From the NCBI GenBank assembly GCA_039024555.1, contig JBCCQQ010000011.1:45269-109268 (forward strand): a stretch of DNA of 64,000 nt. Reading direction: 5' to 3'. Positions 29,393 through 38,581 of the stretch are shown here, piece by piece. A program made the position numbers and the translations under genes. Positions within the stretch are counted from its first letter, which is position 1, and every line of letters starts with the position of its first letter. The stretch comes from Cyanobacteria bacterium P01_D01_bin.156 (GTDB lineage Bacteria; Cyanobacteriota; Cyanobacteriia; Phormidesmidales; Phormidesmidaceae). The notes beneath the pieces were generated by a model. The model ran no database searches. It was not told where the DNA came from and saw only the letters and a list, made by a program, of their open reading frames with translations.

Positions 29393-32371
29393 ATGACAGA
29401 CGTATTTATTTCCTACTCCCGCAAAGACAAAGCCTTTGTTCAGGTGCTCAACCAGGCACTAGCCGATAGCAAATACGATGCCTGGGTGGATTGGGAGAAT
29501 ATTCCCCTCACTGCTGACTGGTGGGAAGAGATTAAAGCGGGGATCGAAGGGGCGGATACGTTTATCTTTGTCATCAGCCCGGACTCGATTGCGTCTAAGG
29601 TATGTGGTCAGGAGATTGACCATGCAGTAGAAAACAATAAGCGGTTGTTGCCGATTGTGTACCGAGAAGGGTTTGATATGTCCTTGGTGCGCCCGGCTTT
29701 GGGTAAACACAACTGGCTGTTCTTCAAAGAAGAGAATGACTTTGACCCAGCATTTGCATCGCTGGTGGATGCCCTCAATACGGATCTATCCCATGTGAAG
29801 ACCCACACACGCTTACTGGTTAAAGCTCAAGAATGGGATAAAAAGCACCGACGGGATGATTTGTTGCTACGGGGTGATGAGTTTATCATTTCCGAAAACT
29901 GGCTAGTGGAAGCCCTTGATCAACACAAGGAACCACTGCCAGCCACACTACACAAAGAGTATATCCAGGCGGGACGGGAGGCTCAGGAACGGGAGGTTAA
30001 ACAAGAGAAGCGACGGATTTTGATCCTTAGGTCGCTAGTCGCCATTCTGAGTCTTGCCTTTGTAGGGGCTGCTGGTCTTGGTGCTCATGCTTATAATTTA
30101 TGGCGTAAAGGAGAAGTTGAACAGATTGAGTCTCTGGCAAAACAGTCTAATGCTGAATTTTTAGCAGGACGAAATACCGATGCGTTGATTACGGCTCTAG
30201 AAGCAGGGCATCAATGGCAAAAATATCCAGGTAGCGATCGCATCTTCGTTCATCAAGTCTTGGCACAAGCCGTCAACGGCATTCGCGAAATCAAAACCTT
30301 AGGTGACAACTATGATGTTATTTGGGACATTGCTGTTAGCCTCGACGGTAGCATCATTGCCTCTGGCGGCCACGTCGGAGAAATGAAACTCTGGAGCCGG
30401 GAAGGGAAGTTGCTCCATACCGTCTCGGCCCATGAAAAGGGGATTCGTCAATTGGCTTTTAGCCCCGATGGCGAGATATTAGCGTCGGCGAGTGATGACC
30501 AGACGGCTAAGCTTTGGAACCTTCAGGGTGAGCCCCTAAAGACGCTCTCAGGTCATGAGGATAATGTTGAAGGTTTGGGATTCAGTCCCGATGGTCAAAC
30601 CCTGGTGACATCTAGCAAGGATGCCACGCTTAAGCTCTGGAATCGAAACGGTGAGCTGTTGCAGACCTTGAACGATCATAAAGGCCCCGCTTGGGATCTG
30701 GTCTTCAGCTCCGATGGTCAGATATTTGCATCCCATAGCGATGACGACACCGTGAAGCTTTGGAATTGGGAAGGAGAAGTCCTCCGAACCCTCTATGAAC
30801 CTAACGCTGATCCCTGGAGCAAAGCCTTTAGCCCAGATGGAGAACTGATCGCGACTGGTGGAGCCGATAAAACCATTAGACTATGGAATCTTGATGGCGA
30901 GCTATTACACACCCTGACAGGCCATGAAGATACTGTACGCCAGGTCGTTTTCAGTCCAGATGGACAGTTGCTCGCCTCGGCGAGCTACGACAACACAATT
31001 AAACTCTGGAACCGAGAAGGAGAGATCATTAAAACCTTGGCAGGGCATACTCAAAATGTCAACTGGATGCAGTTTAGTCAGGATGGCCAAACCTTCGTCA
31101 CCTCTAGTAGCGACGGCACGATCAAGCAGTGGAGGTTAGATGGAGCTTTACTGCAAACATTGACGGGACATACAAGTTGGGTCGGAGATGTTGTTTGGAG
31201 TCCAGATGGTCAAACGGTAATATCTGGCAGCGGCGACCGAACCGTTAAGCTTTGGCAATTGACAGGCAATACCTCAACCACGCTGAAAGGCCACAATTCA
31301 TGGGTCAGCGCCGCTCAATATACTCCTGACGGTCAGATGCTGATCACAGGAGAAGGGTATGGCCCACTGAAATTTTGGACTGCCGACGGCGAGCTGATTC
31401 GCACGGTTGATGGACATAGTTATGATGATGGACTCGGTGCCTTTGCCGTGAGTCCAGACGGTCAATTCATTGCTTCCATCAGCAATAATGGGCCAGTTGC
31501 CATCCTCTGGAATGCCCAAGGGGAAATACTACACACGCTCGAAGTCGAAGACGGATCTAAACCACGGGTAAGGTTTAGCCCTGATGGAGAAATCCTGCTT
31601 ACCGCCCGGGGTGGTGTTATCCACCTCTGGAATTTGGACGGAGAGCTCTTGCACACGCTGACTAGCGATACAGAGTCCATTCAAGACATCACCTTCAGTC
31701 CTGACAGTCAAATCCTGGTATCGACTAACAGTAATGGCCCCCTCAACATTTGGAGTGTTGAGGGTGAATTGCTAAATAGTTTAGGCGATCGGGAAGAACC
31801 TTATTATGCAGTAACCTTTAGCCCCGATGGACAGTATCTGGTGGCGGGCAGCAAGGACAACACAGTGCAACTTTGGACTGCCAACGGCGAGTTGCTACAC
31901 ATGCTCGAAGGCCACACCGATGCAATAAACGATGTTCTCTTTAGTCACGACGGTCAAACGATCATCTCTGCCAGCGAAGATGGCAACATCAAATTTTGGA
32001 GCCTAGAAGGTGAGCTAGTGAATTCAGCCAAGGCCGAGGAAGCAGAAATTTGGGAAGGAATATGGGATATTGCTTTGAGCCCTGACGGAGAGACGTTAGC
32101 GACCGCTGGAGACTATATCGTTAAGCTCTGGTCGATGAATGGCGAGCTTTTACAGACCTTAGTCGGTCACATTGGCTCGGTAAGGGATCTAGAATTCAGC
32201 CCCGACGGCAAAACCCTCGTCTCCAGTAGCGCTGATGAGACCGCTATTGTGTGGAATTTAGAAGCGCTGGAGTTTGATGCCCTGATGCAGCGAGGCTGTG
32301 AGTGGTTCAAAAACTACGAGGCCAACAAAACAGACGAAGACAAACATGAGTCTCTCTCCCTTTGCAATTAG
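29393..32371 (+). CDS. TIR-TM-WD40 repeat protein, copy 4
   Basis: Same architecture; identical 15-bp spacer; distinct C-terminal tail. Confidence 0.92.
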   Translation: MTDVFISYSRKDKAFVQVLNQALADSKYDAWVDWENIPLTADWWEEIKAGIEGADTFIFVISPDSIASKVCGQEIDHAVENNKRLLPIVYREGFDMSLVRPALGKHNWLFFKEENDFDPAFASLVDALNTDLSHVKTHTRLLVKAQEWDKKHRRDDLLLRGDEFIISENWLVEALDQHKEPLPATLHKEYIQAGREAQEREVKQEKRRILILRSLVAILSLAFVGAAGLGAHAYNLWRKGEVEQIESLAKQSNAEFLAGRNTDALITALEAGHQWQKYPGSDRIFVHQVLAQAVNGIREIKTLGDNYDVIWDIAVSLDGSIIASGGHVGEMKLWSREGKLLHTVSAHEKGIRQLAFSPDGEILASASDDQTAKLWNLQGEPLKTLSGHEDNVEGLGFSPDGQTLVTSSKDATLKLWNRNGELLQTLNDHKGPAWDLVFSSDGQIFASHSDDDTVKLWNWEGEVLRTLYEPNADPWSKAFSPDGELIATGGADKTIRLWNLDGELLHTLTGHEDTVRQVVFSPDGQLLASASYDNTIKLWNREGEIIKTLAGHTQNVNWMQFSQDGQTFVTSSSDGTIKQWRLDGALLQTLTGHTSWVGDVVWSPDGQTVISGSGDRTVKLWQLTGNTSTTLKGHNSWVSAAQYTPDGQMLITGEGYGPLKFWTADGELIRTVDGHSYDDGLGAFAVSPDGQFIASISNNGPVAILWNAQGEILHTLEVEDGSKPRVRFSPDGEILLTARGGVIHLWNLDGELLHTLTSDTESIQDITFSPDSQILVSTNSNGPLNIWSVEGELLNSLGDREEPYYAVTFSPDGQYLVAGSKDNTVQLWTANGELLHMLEGHTDAINDVLFSHDGQTIISASEDGNIKFWSLEGELVNSAKAEEAEIWEGIWDIALSPDGETLATAGDYIVKLWSMNGELLQTLVGHIGSVRDLEFSPDGKTLVSSSADETAIVWNLEALEFDALMQRGCEWFKNYEANKTDEDKHESLSLCN

Positions 32372-32392
32372 CCTGCGTCTATTCCCCAACAA

Positions 32393-33682
32393 CTATGAAC
32401 CCAAAACCATCTCATTAACCGTTTGTCCCATCTGCAGAGGCGACGCTTTTCTCTTAATTGAAATACAGTCAGCTAAATAATTAGCATCACGCGCAATGCC
32501 AGAAAAACGACCCGAACCCCAGGTATACAACCAAGGTAACCCCAAGAAATAAAGCCCCGACACAGGAGTCACACCCCGCTCATGACCGGGATAACCCTTG
32601 CCATCAAAAACAGGAACATCCACCCAGCCAAAATTAGAGTGGTAGCCCGTGGACCAAATAACCGTCGAAATATTTGCCGCCTCTAGATCGAGAGAAAGTG
32701 TGCTGGTTTCCGGTTGCCACACTGGACAATAGTCGGCCTCCACAGGTGCATCCAGCTGATGTTTTTCAATGTAGTCATCAATGGTGCTTTTAATGCTTTC
32801 AGACACGGCATCGGCCTGATCTAAATTTTGTCGAAGATTATCTTGAAATGTTAAATCGCTTCCTTGAATACTATCGAGTTTGCCATAGAGCTTCATCCCT
32901 TCTAGGGCAAAATGTCGCAAGTCAATCTCTCGTCCACCATCGCGACCGGTAACATAGTGATTTGTTTTAGTCCGAACAGATTCTTTTTGGGGATGATCAT
33001 CAATGGACATATCGTAATAGCCCATCTGATCCAGCCAGTCCACCACATCCTTCCCGCGATACACACGGGGAGACCGGGGCGCACCCCCAACACATAAATG
33101 TACCTGTTTGCCTGCCAGGTGCAAGTCTTCAGCAATTTGGCACCCGGATTGCCCCGTACCTACCACTAGCACAGCCCCATCGGCCAAAGCCTCAGGATTC
33201 TTATATTCCGAGGAATGGATCTGGGTAACCGATTGGGGTAACCGTTCCGCCATTCTAGGAATTTTGGGCGTATGGTAACCACCGGTGGCAATCACCACCT
33301 GGTCAGCAACATAGTGACCAATGGACGTTTCAATATCAAATACGTTTTCAGGTTTACTGATTTTCTCAACCGTTACCCCTTCTTTTACTAACGGCTGAAA
33401 CGATTGAGCATAGTCTTCTATATATTGCACAATCTCATCCCGCTGCATAAAGCCGTTGGGGTCACCACCCGGATAGTGATACCCCGGCAACGTGCACTGC
33501 CAGTTAGGGGTTACCAGACAAAACGTATCCCAACGCTTAGAACGCCACGAATGGGCAATTTTGTGCTTTTCAAAAATTATGTTGTCAATGCCTCGCTGCT
33601 TGAGGCAGTAGCTAATGGCTAAGCCCGCCTGACCGCCACCGATAATGGCAACTGGAAAATGGGAACTGGTTAATGCTCGCAT
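32393..33682 (-). CDS. nitH: MSMEG_0569-family flavin-dependent oxidoreductase (nit1C cluster)
   Basis: GGGQAG, RWDTFCLVTPNWQC.LPG, GTGQSG.QIAEDL, TNHYVTGRDGGREIDLR, GLPWLYTWGSGRF; start placed at the ATG at 33682. Confidence 0.88.
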   Translation of the reverse strand: MRALTSSHFPVAIIGGGQAGLAISYCLKQRGIDNIIFEKHKIAHSWRSKRWDTFCLVTPNWQCTLPGYHYPGGDPNGFMQRDEIVQYIEDYAQSFQPLVKEGVTVEKISKPENVFDIETSIGHYVADQVVIATGGYHTPKIPRMAERLPQSVTQIHSSEYKNPEALADGAVLVVGTGQSGCQIAEDLHLAGKQVHLCVGGAPRSPRVYRGKDVVDWLDQMGYYDMSIDDHPQKESVRTKTNHYVTGRDGGREIDLRHFALEGMKLYGKLDSIQGSDLTFQDNLRQNLDQADAVSESIKSTIDDYIEKHQLDAPVEADYCPVWQPETSTLSLDLEAANISTVIWSTGYHSNFGWVDVPVFDGKGYPGHERGVTPVSGLYFLGLPWLYTWGSGRFSGIARDANYLADCISIKRKASPLQMGQTVNEMVLGS

Positions 33683-33799
33683 GGCTTTAGTAGCTAGAGA
33701 ATGAGTAACCTGCCCCACTATCCACACTCGTAAGAGTTCAAAGACAGCAGCATTTGAAGGCAGGGCAATTTGCTTCGATGGCGAAATTGCTATAGTTCA

Positions 33800-33841
33800 A
33801 CCATAGGAATCTCAACGGTGAGTACCTGTATCGAGAGTTAC
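33800..33841 (-). promoter_or_regulatory. NtcA-activated promoter of the oxidoreductase gene
   Basis: Minus strand GTAACTCTCGATAC-N22-TATGGT fits GTA-N8-TAC-N22-TAN3T. Confidence 0.75.
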
Positions 33842-34020
33842 CAAACACACAAGTCTCGGACTATGGTCAGGGCAGATCTGCAGGCGCTAGCTTAAATAAC
33901 AGCTCATCATAGGTTAATCGCGATTTACCTGCACTTTTTGACAGGTAACTGTCTTTTTAGAATATCTCTCATCAGTATTAAATCTGTTTCCCTGTCTCAT
34001 TTGTCAGGCTTTATCGCTTT

Positions 34021-34062
34021 GTAACAACAGATACGAGAAAGAGAACTTAGACCTTTTAAGCT
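34021..34062 (+). promoter_or_regulatory. NtcA-activated promoter of the nit1C genes
   Basis: GTAACAACAGATAC-N22-TAAGCT, with the -10 box 31 bp before the ATG at 34094. Confidence 0.82.
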
Positions 34063-34093
34063 GCTGACAAATCCATATGTGGGAGTAACGTAA

Positions 34094-34576
34094 ATGCCTG
34101 AAGTAACCGCTCCAGCTCATCAGGCCGGTGACTTTTTCGTTGACTACGAAGAAAAAGTGTTTCCAGATGTTCAAGCAGAACCTGGAGAGAAAGCGCTGGT
34201 GGCTTTTCACACGGTCGCTTTTGAGGGGTCCATTGGTTTAGTCAATCTGTTACAGGCGACTCGCTTAATCCGTAAAGGGTTTGAAACCTCTGTATTGCTC
34301 TACGGTCCCGGTGTGACACTAGGTGTACAGCGTGGTTTCCCAAAACTAGGTGACGAGGCATTTCCAGGACACTTGGCCATGAATAACCAGTTGGTCAAGG
34401 TGATGGAAGAAGGCGGTAAGGTTTATGCTTGCCGGTTTGCGCTCCAGGCCCTTTATGGTCATGGTGAACCTTCTTTAATTCCCGGCATCACGCCGATTAA
34501 TCCTTTGGATGTATTGGATATTATTCTGTTACACCGTAAGGAAGGCGCATTTGTTCTGGATACTTGGACAATGTAG
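34094..34576 (+). CDS. nitB: MSMEG_0572/Sll0783-family nitrogen-starvation protein
   Basis: [55 protein letters not shown]. Confidence 0.92.
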   Translation: MPEVTAPAHQAGDFFVDYEEKVFPDVQAEPGEKALVAFHTVAFEGSIGLVNLLQATRLIRKGFETSVLLYGPGVTLGVQRGFPKLGDEAFPGHLAMNNQLVKVMEEGGKVYACRFALQALYGHGEPSLIPGITPINPLDVLDIILLHRKEGAFVLDTWTM

Positions 34577-34800
34577 GAAATCGAAGAAAAATTGTTTAGG
34601 CAATTTTCTTTTGAAATCTTGCATTTGGCAAATCCTGAACAAGCAGCAGTGCACAAGATTCTATTCTGCTCTTTCTGAAGGGCTTTAGGAGAATTACTGG
34701 GGCGGGAGCTTCTACCTAGGAGTATTGGCCCCCTCTCTCTCAGTCTCTCTTGTGAAGGCTACTCATCTAAAGATTATTGACGTTGAGGATGATAGCAACG

Positions 34801-34895
34801 GTCCCCCTTAAATAAGGGGACCAACGGAGGGGTTCTTGATCGTTAACGCTGACATCGAGCCCCCTCCCTGACGGTTCCCCTTAGTAAGGGGAACT
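34801..34895. repeat. Palindromic dispersed repeat / MITE-like element, copy A
   Basis: Two CCCCTT-N3/5-AAGGGG hairpins flanking GGAGGGG...CCCCTCC arms; related to 37341-37445 and 43984-44121. Confidence 0.75.
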
Positions 34896-35138
34896 ATTAG
34901 CAGGCTATTTTGAGAGCCATGAATCTCAAGAGTTTTAGCTATTGAACCATGCATACTCGTTACCCTCATAACGAGGAAATGAATATCGTCAAATCTCATA
35001 ACGATATTTTTTCAGAACCATTCATAGCTGTTCTCTCAAACGTCAACGTAGGCCAATCGGCACCATTGATTTTGACCTCTTGAATGTTCTTTATATCTCA
35101 AATAGAATGATCGTTCTATTTCATACGCTTTAGCCACT

Positions 35139-36155
35139 ATGGACTACTCTCGCACAGTGAGAGCGGCGGCTGTACAGATTGCCCCTGTGCTGCATAGTCG
35201 TTCCGGCACAATGGAAAAGGTACTTAAAGCCATTGATGATGCGGCCAAGGAGGGCGCACAGTTAGTGGTTTTTCCAGAAACCTTTGTGCCCTATTACCCA
35301 TATTTTTCCTTTGTGTTGCCAGCGGTGCTGATGGGTAAGGAGCATATGAAGCTCTACGAGGAAGCGGTGGAAGTGCCGGGACCGGTTACGGAAGCCGTCA
35401 GTGCAGCAGCGAGAACCCACGGTATAGTAGTTGTTCTAGGGGTAAACGAACGTGATAAGGGCTCTCTTTACAACACTCAGCTGATTTTTGATGCGGATGG
35501 TAGCTGTCTGCTGAAACGACGCAAGATTACGCCCACCTACCATGAGCGCATGGTGTGGGGACAGGGGGATGGCTCTGGGCTGCAGGTGTGTGATACGGCG
35601 GTGGGCCGCGTTGGTGCCCTGGCCTGTTGGGAACATTACAATCCCCTGGCGCGATACAGCCTAATGGCGAACCATGAACAGATTCACTGCGCCCAGTTTC
35701 CTGGCTCCATGGTCGGGGAGATTTTTTCAAGCCAAACAGAGGTGACCCTACGCCACCATGCGCTAGAGTCCGGTTGTTTTGTGGTGAATTCTACCGGTTG
35801 GCTGACGCCTGACCAGGTCAGTGAGATTGCCCCCAATGAAGGTTTAGAGAAGGTTTTACGGGGTGGCTGCTATACGGCCATTATTAGCCCAGAAGGGGTG
35901 CCGCTGTGTGAACCGATTCGGGAAGGTGAGGGAATTGCGATCGCAGACCTAGATTTCTCTCTGATCACCAAACGTAAGCGGATGATGGACTCCGTGGGCC
36001 ACTATGCTCGACCTGACTTATTACAGTTATCGGTGAATAAAGCCGCCTATTCTGTTGTTTCTTCTGATATAGCAACACCGGCTGAAGATAGTGGGGCCTG
36101 TTATCCACCTGAATCATCTTTTCCAGAGGCTTCTCCTGAGACAAATCCGATGTAA
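35139..36155 (+). CDS. nitC: Nit6803-family nitrilase
   Basis: Nitrilase catalytic triad motifs [15 protein letters not shown] and [10 protein letters not shown]. Confidence 0.95.
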   Translation: MDYSRTVRAAAVQIAPVLHSRSGTMEKVLKAIDDAAKEGAQLVVFPETFVPYYPYFSFVLPAVLMGKEHMKLYEEAVEVPGPVTEAVSAAARTHGIVVVLGVNERDKGSLYNTQLIFDADGSCLLKRRKITPTYHERMVWGQGDGSGLQVCDTAVGRVGALACWEHYNPLARYSLMANHEQIHCAQFPGSMVGEIFSSQTEVTLRHHALESGCFVVNSTGWLTPDQVSEIAPNEGLEKVLRGGCYTAIISPEGVPLCEPIREGEGIAIADLDFSLITKRKRMMDSVGHYARPDLLQLSVNKAAYSVVSSDIATPAEDSGACYPPESSFPEASPETNPM

Positions 36156-36209
36156 AACATTCGGCCTCCAACACATTTCAATTTTAGATATATCTCTTTT
36201 TATCCGACC

Positions 36210-37295
36210 ATGAACCAAAAGCAGGTGATTACCGAGCTTCAAACCAAAGGCCTTAACCTGGTGACCGACACCGTTGGCGCATCCGGGCGAAAAGGGGGCG
36301 CGGGGCCATCGGACCACAAAGCCATCACCATTGGTGAAACCACGTTCATGGTACCGGTATACACCGATGGAGCTGCCCAGTCTCCCTACGGTGTTAACAA
36401 CGACTCGGGTCAGGCTGTTTTAACCAAAGATAATCAGGCCATTACCGAGCTAGACTTTCCAGAGAAACCCAAGTTTTACGACCTCACCACAGCAGAGGGC
36501 ATCCCTTACTGGAAAATTGCCCTGTTGCACAGTCGTAATGTTCTCGCCACCACCGTTCTTCAAACGTGCATCCGCTACGACAATCGCAAAACCGCCTGTC
36601 AGTTCTGCGCCATTGGACAATCCTTAGAAGCCGACCGCACCATTGCTAAAAAAACACCTGAACAACTGGCAGAAGTGGCGGAAGCAGCGGTGCGTCTGGA
36701 CGGCATAGAAAATATGATCATGACCACAGGAACGCCCAACGTCACCGATCGGGGGGCCGCTTACCTAACAGAATGTGCCCAGGCGATTCGGGCTCGGGTC
36801 AGTCATCTCCCCATACAGGCCCAGTGCGAACCCCCCAATGATTTTACCTGGTTTGAACGCATGCGCTCGGCGGGCATTGATAGTTTAGGCATGCATTTAG
36901 AAGCCGCCGACCCTGAAGTGCGAGCTAAAATTATGCCGGGTAAGGCAAAGGTGCCACTTTCCTATTATTTCAAAGCGTTTGAAGCCGCAACAAAGGTCTT
37001 TGGCCGAGGACAGGTCAGCACCTACTTGTTGGCAGGGCTGGGGGACAGTCAAGAAACGCTGCTAAACGTGAGTGAGCGCCTCATTGATATTGGGGTGTAT
37101 CCCTTTGTGGTTCCCTTTGTGCCCATCGGGGGAACGCCGTTGGCAGACCATAAGCCCCCGAGCAGTGACTTTATGTACGACCTGTATCAGGGTATTGGGC
37201 AAATGCTAAAGCAGGCAAATCTGTTGTCCAGTGAGATGAAGGCTGGCTGCGGCAAGTGTGGAGCTTGTTCAGCGTTGTCGTTGTTTGAGAGTTAA
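36210..37295 (+). CDS. nitD: MSMEG_0568-family radical SAM protein
   Basis: GRKGGAGPSDHKA, C-x8-CQFC cluster motif, QAQCEPP, C-terminal CGKCGACS. Confidence 0.92.
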   Translation: MNQKQVITELQTKGLNLVTDTVGASGRKGGAGPSDHKAITIGETTFMVPVYTDGAAQSPYGVNNDSGQAVLTKDNQAITELDFPEKPKFYDLTTAEGIPYWKIALLHSRNVLATTVLQTCIRYDNRKTACQFCAIGQSLEADRTIAKKTPEQLAEVAEAAVRLDGIENMIMTTGTPNVTDRGAAYLTECAQAIRARVSHLPIQAQCEPPNDFTWFERMRSAGIDSLGMHLEAADPEVRAKIMPGKAKVPLSYYFKAFEAATKVFGRGQVSTYLLAGLGDSQETLLNVSERLIDIGVYPFVVPFVPIGGTPLADHKPPSSDFMYDLYQGIGQMLKQANLLSSEMKAGCGKCGACSALSLFES

Positions 37296-37340
37296 AAGAT
37301 TTTATAAACCGATGGCCCATCAGGGACTCGGTGATTTTTT

Positions 37341-37445
37341 GGGTTCTCCTTAGTAAGGGGAATCGTCAAGGAGGGGGAATCGATGATTAGCACAGACGAC
37401 AAAGACCCCTCCGCCTACGGCACCTCCCCTTACCAAGGGGAGGAC
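37341..37445. repeat. Palindromic dispersed repeat / MITE-like element, copy B
   Basis: The left part is the reverse complement of 34860-34895 with mismatches; 37402-37431 is identical to 44078-44107. Confidence 0.75.
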
Positions 37446-37491
37446 GTTGCAGAACATAATCCTTGCTTTTTGTTTTTCGCTTTCTAAAACT

Positions 37492-38004
37492 ATGAAAAAA
37501 CGTACCTATAGTTTTCAACTGGCCCTTTCTAAACCCGATATTGCCGATTATTTTAATTTACGGCAACAAATTTTCTGTGCAGAACAGGGGCTTTTTCAAG
37601 ACCACGATCGCGATTCCATCGATGAGACCTCCTACCCGATTGTCTCTATTGCCCATACGCTAGAACAGCCCGACCAGGTTGTCGGAGTAGTGCGCATCTA
37701 TGAAGAAAAGCCACGACTCTGGTATGGCGGACGTTTGGGGGTACATCCAGACTTTCGTCGGGTCGGTCGCATTGGTAAGGGGCTGATTCAAAAAGCAGTG
37801 ACAACAGCAAATACCTGGGGTTGCGATCGCTTCCTAGCTACGGTTCAATTGCAAAACGTGCGTTTCTTCACCCGACTGCACTGGCATAGTTTGGAGGAGA
37901 TTGAGGTGATGGGGCACCCTCATCATTTGATGGAAGCCGATTTGGCATACTATCCTGCAACAGATCAGCCACGTCCAGTGTTACCGCTTAAACAAGTTGC
38001 TTAG
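37492..38004 (+). CDS. nitE: MSMEG_0567/Sll0786-family GNAT N-acetyltransferase
   Basis: LRQQIFCAEQGLF..D.D.ID, WYGGRLGV, FLATVQLQNVRFF..LHW, HHLMEADL. Confidence 0.88.
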   Translation: MKKRTYSFQLALSKPDIADYFNLRQQIFCAEQGLFQDHDRDSIDETSYPIVSIAHTLEQPDQVVGVVRIYEEKPRLWYGGRLGVHPDFRRVGRIGKGLIQKAVTTANTWGCDRFLATVQLQNVRFFTRLHWHSLEEIEVMGHPHHLMEADLAYYPATDQPRPVLPLKQVA

Positions 38005-38039
38005 GAAAGTCATTACTAATAAAAAATTTTCCAAATTTG

Positions 38040-38495
38040 GTAGGGATAACCTGATTAATCGACACCGCCGTAACCCCAACCTTACCGATATTTTCGATAT
38101 GAAAGATAACTTCCTTTCGGGGGAACCCCAATATGCCTAACTAAGATAACTTGATTATTTCCGAAAGGGGAGTCTAGGCCCCCACATTAGGAGGGGTTCG
38201 GGGAGGAAAGCCCTGAGCAACATTTATCACCATTTGCCATTTTGCTGCTGTACTTTTTAGATATTGATTAAAAGCAAAACCGGTTGCGTGGGGTCCCTCC
38301 GAGTTCCCTTTCCGGAAGTCGTTACATTATCCTCATCAGCATATTGGGGCTTCCCTATGTCCAGGGCGTTCCGCCGCCCTACAACCCTACGGAAAAATAT
38401 AAAAGATATCCCTCGTAGGCGGTTTGAGTGATCGGTAAGGTAGTTTAGAATTTTGCGCGCTGCGACAAAATTCTAAAAAAGGTAGGTTATCTACT
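38040..38495. other. Long nested inverted-repeat element (structured RNA or MITE)
   Basis: Nested complementary blocks: 38046-52/38484-90, 38079-89/38431-41, about 38120-38183/38289-38355, plus hairpin 38444-38477. Confidence 0.55.
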
Positions 38496-38581
38496 TTCTG
38501 ATAAATAGGCAAAATCATCGTTCGGATTATGATTTCTTTTAACTCTTGAGAACGTCAGAAAATATAGCTTTATAACAACTA

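Noticed and set aside
19670..32371. Possible diversity-generating retroelement or CRISPR-like array behind the repeats
   Set aside because: The repeats are in-frame WD40 units and whole-gene duplications; I saw no reverse transcriptase, adenine-specific TR/VR pair, cas genes or repeat-spacer pattern.
38040..38495. Retron msr-msd, group II intron or RNase P RNA identity for the fold-back element
   Set aside because: No reverse transcriptase is nearby and I could not recognise the catalytic or consensus motifs of these RNAs; kept only as an unassigned structured element.
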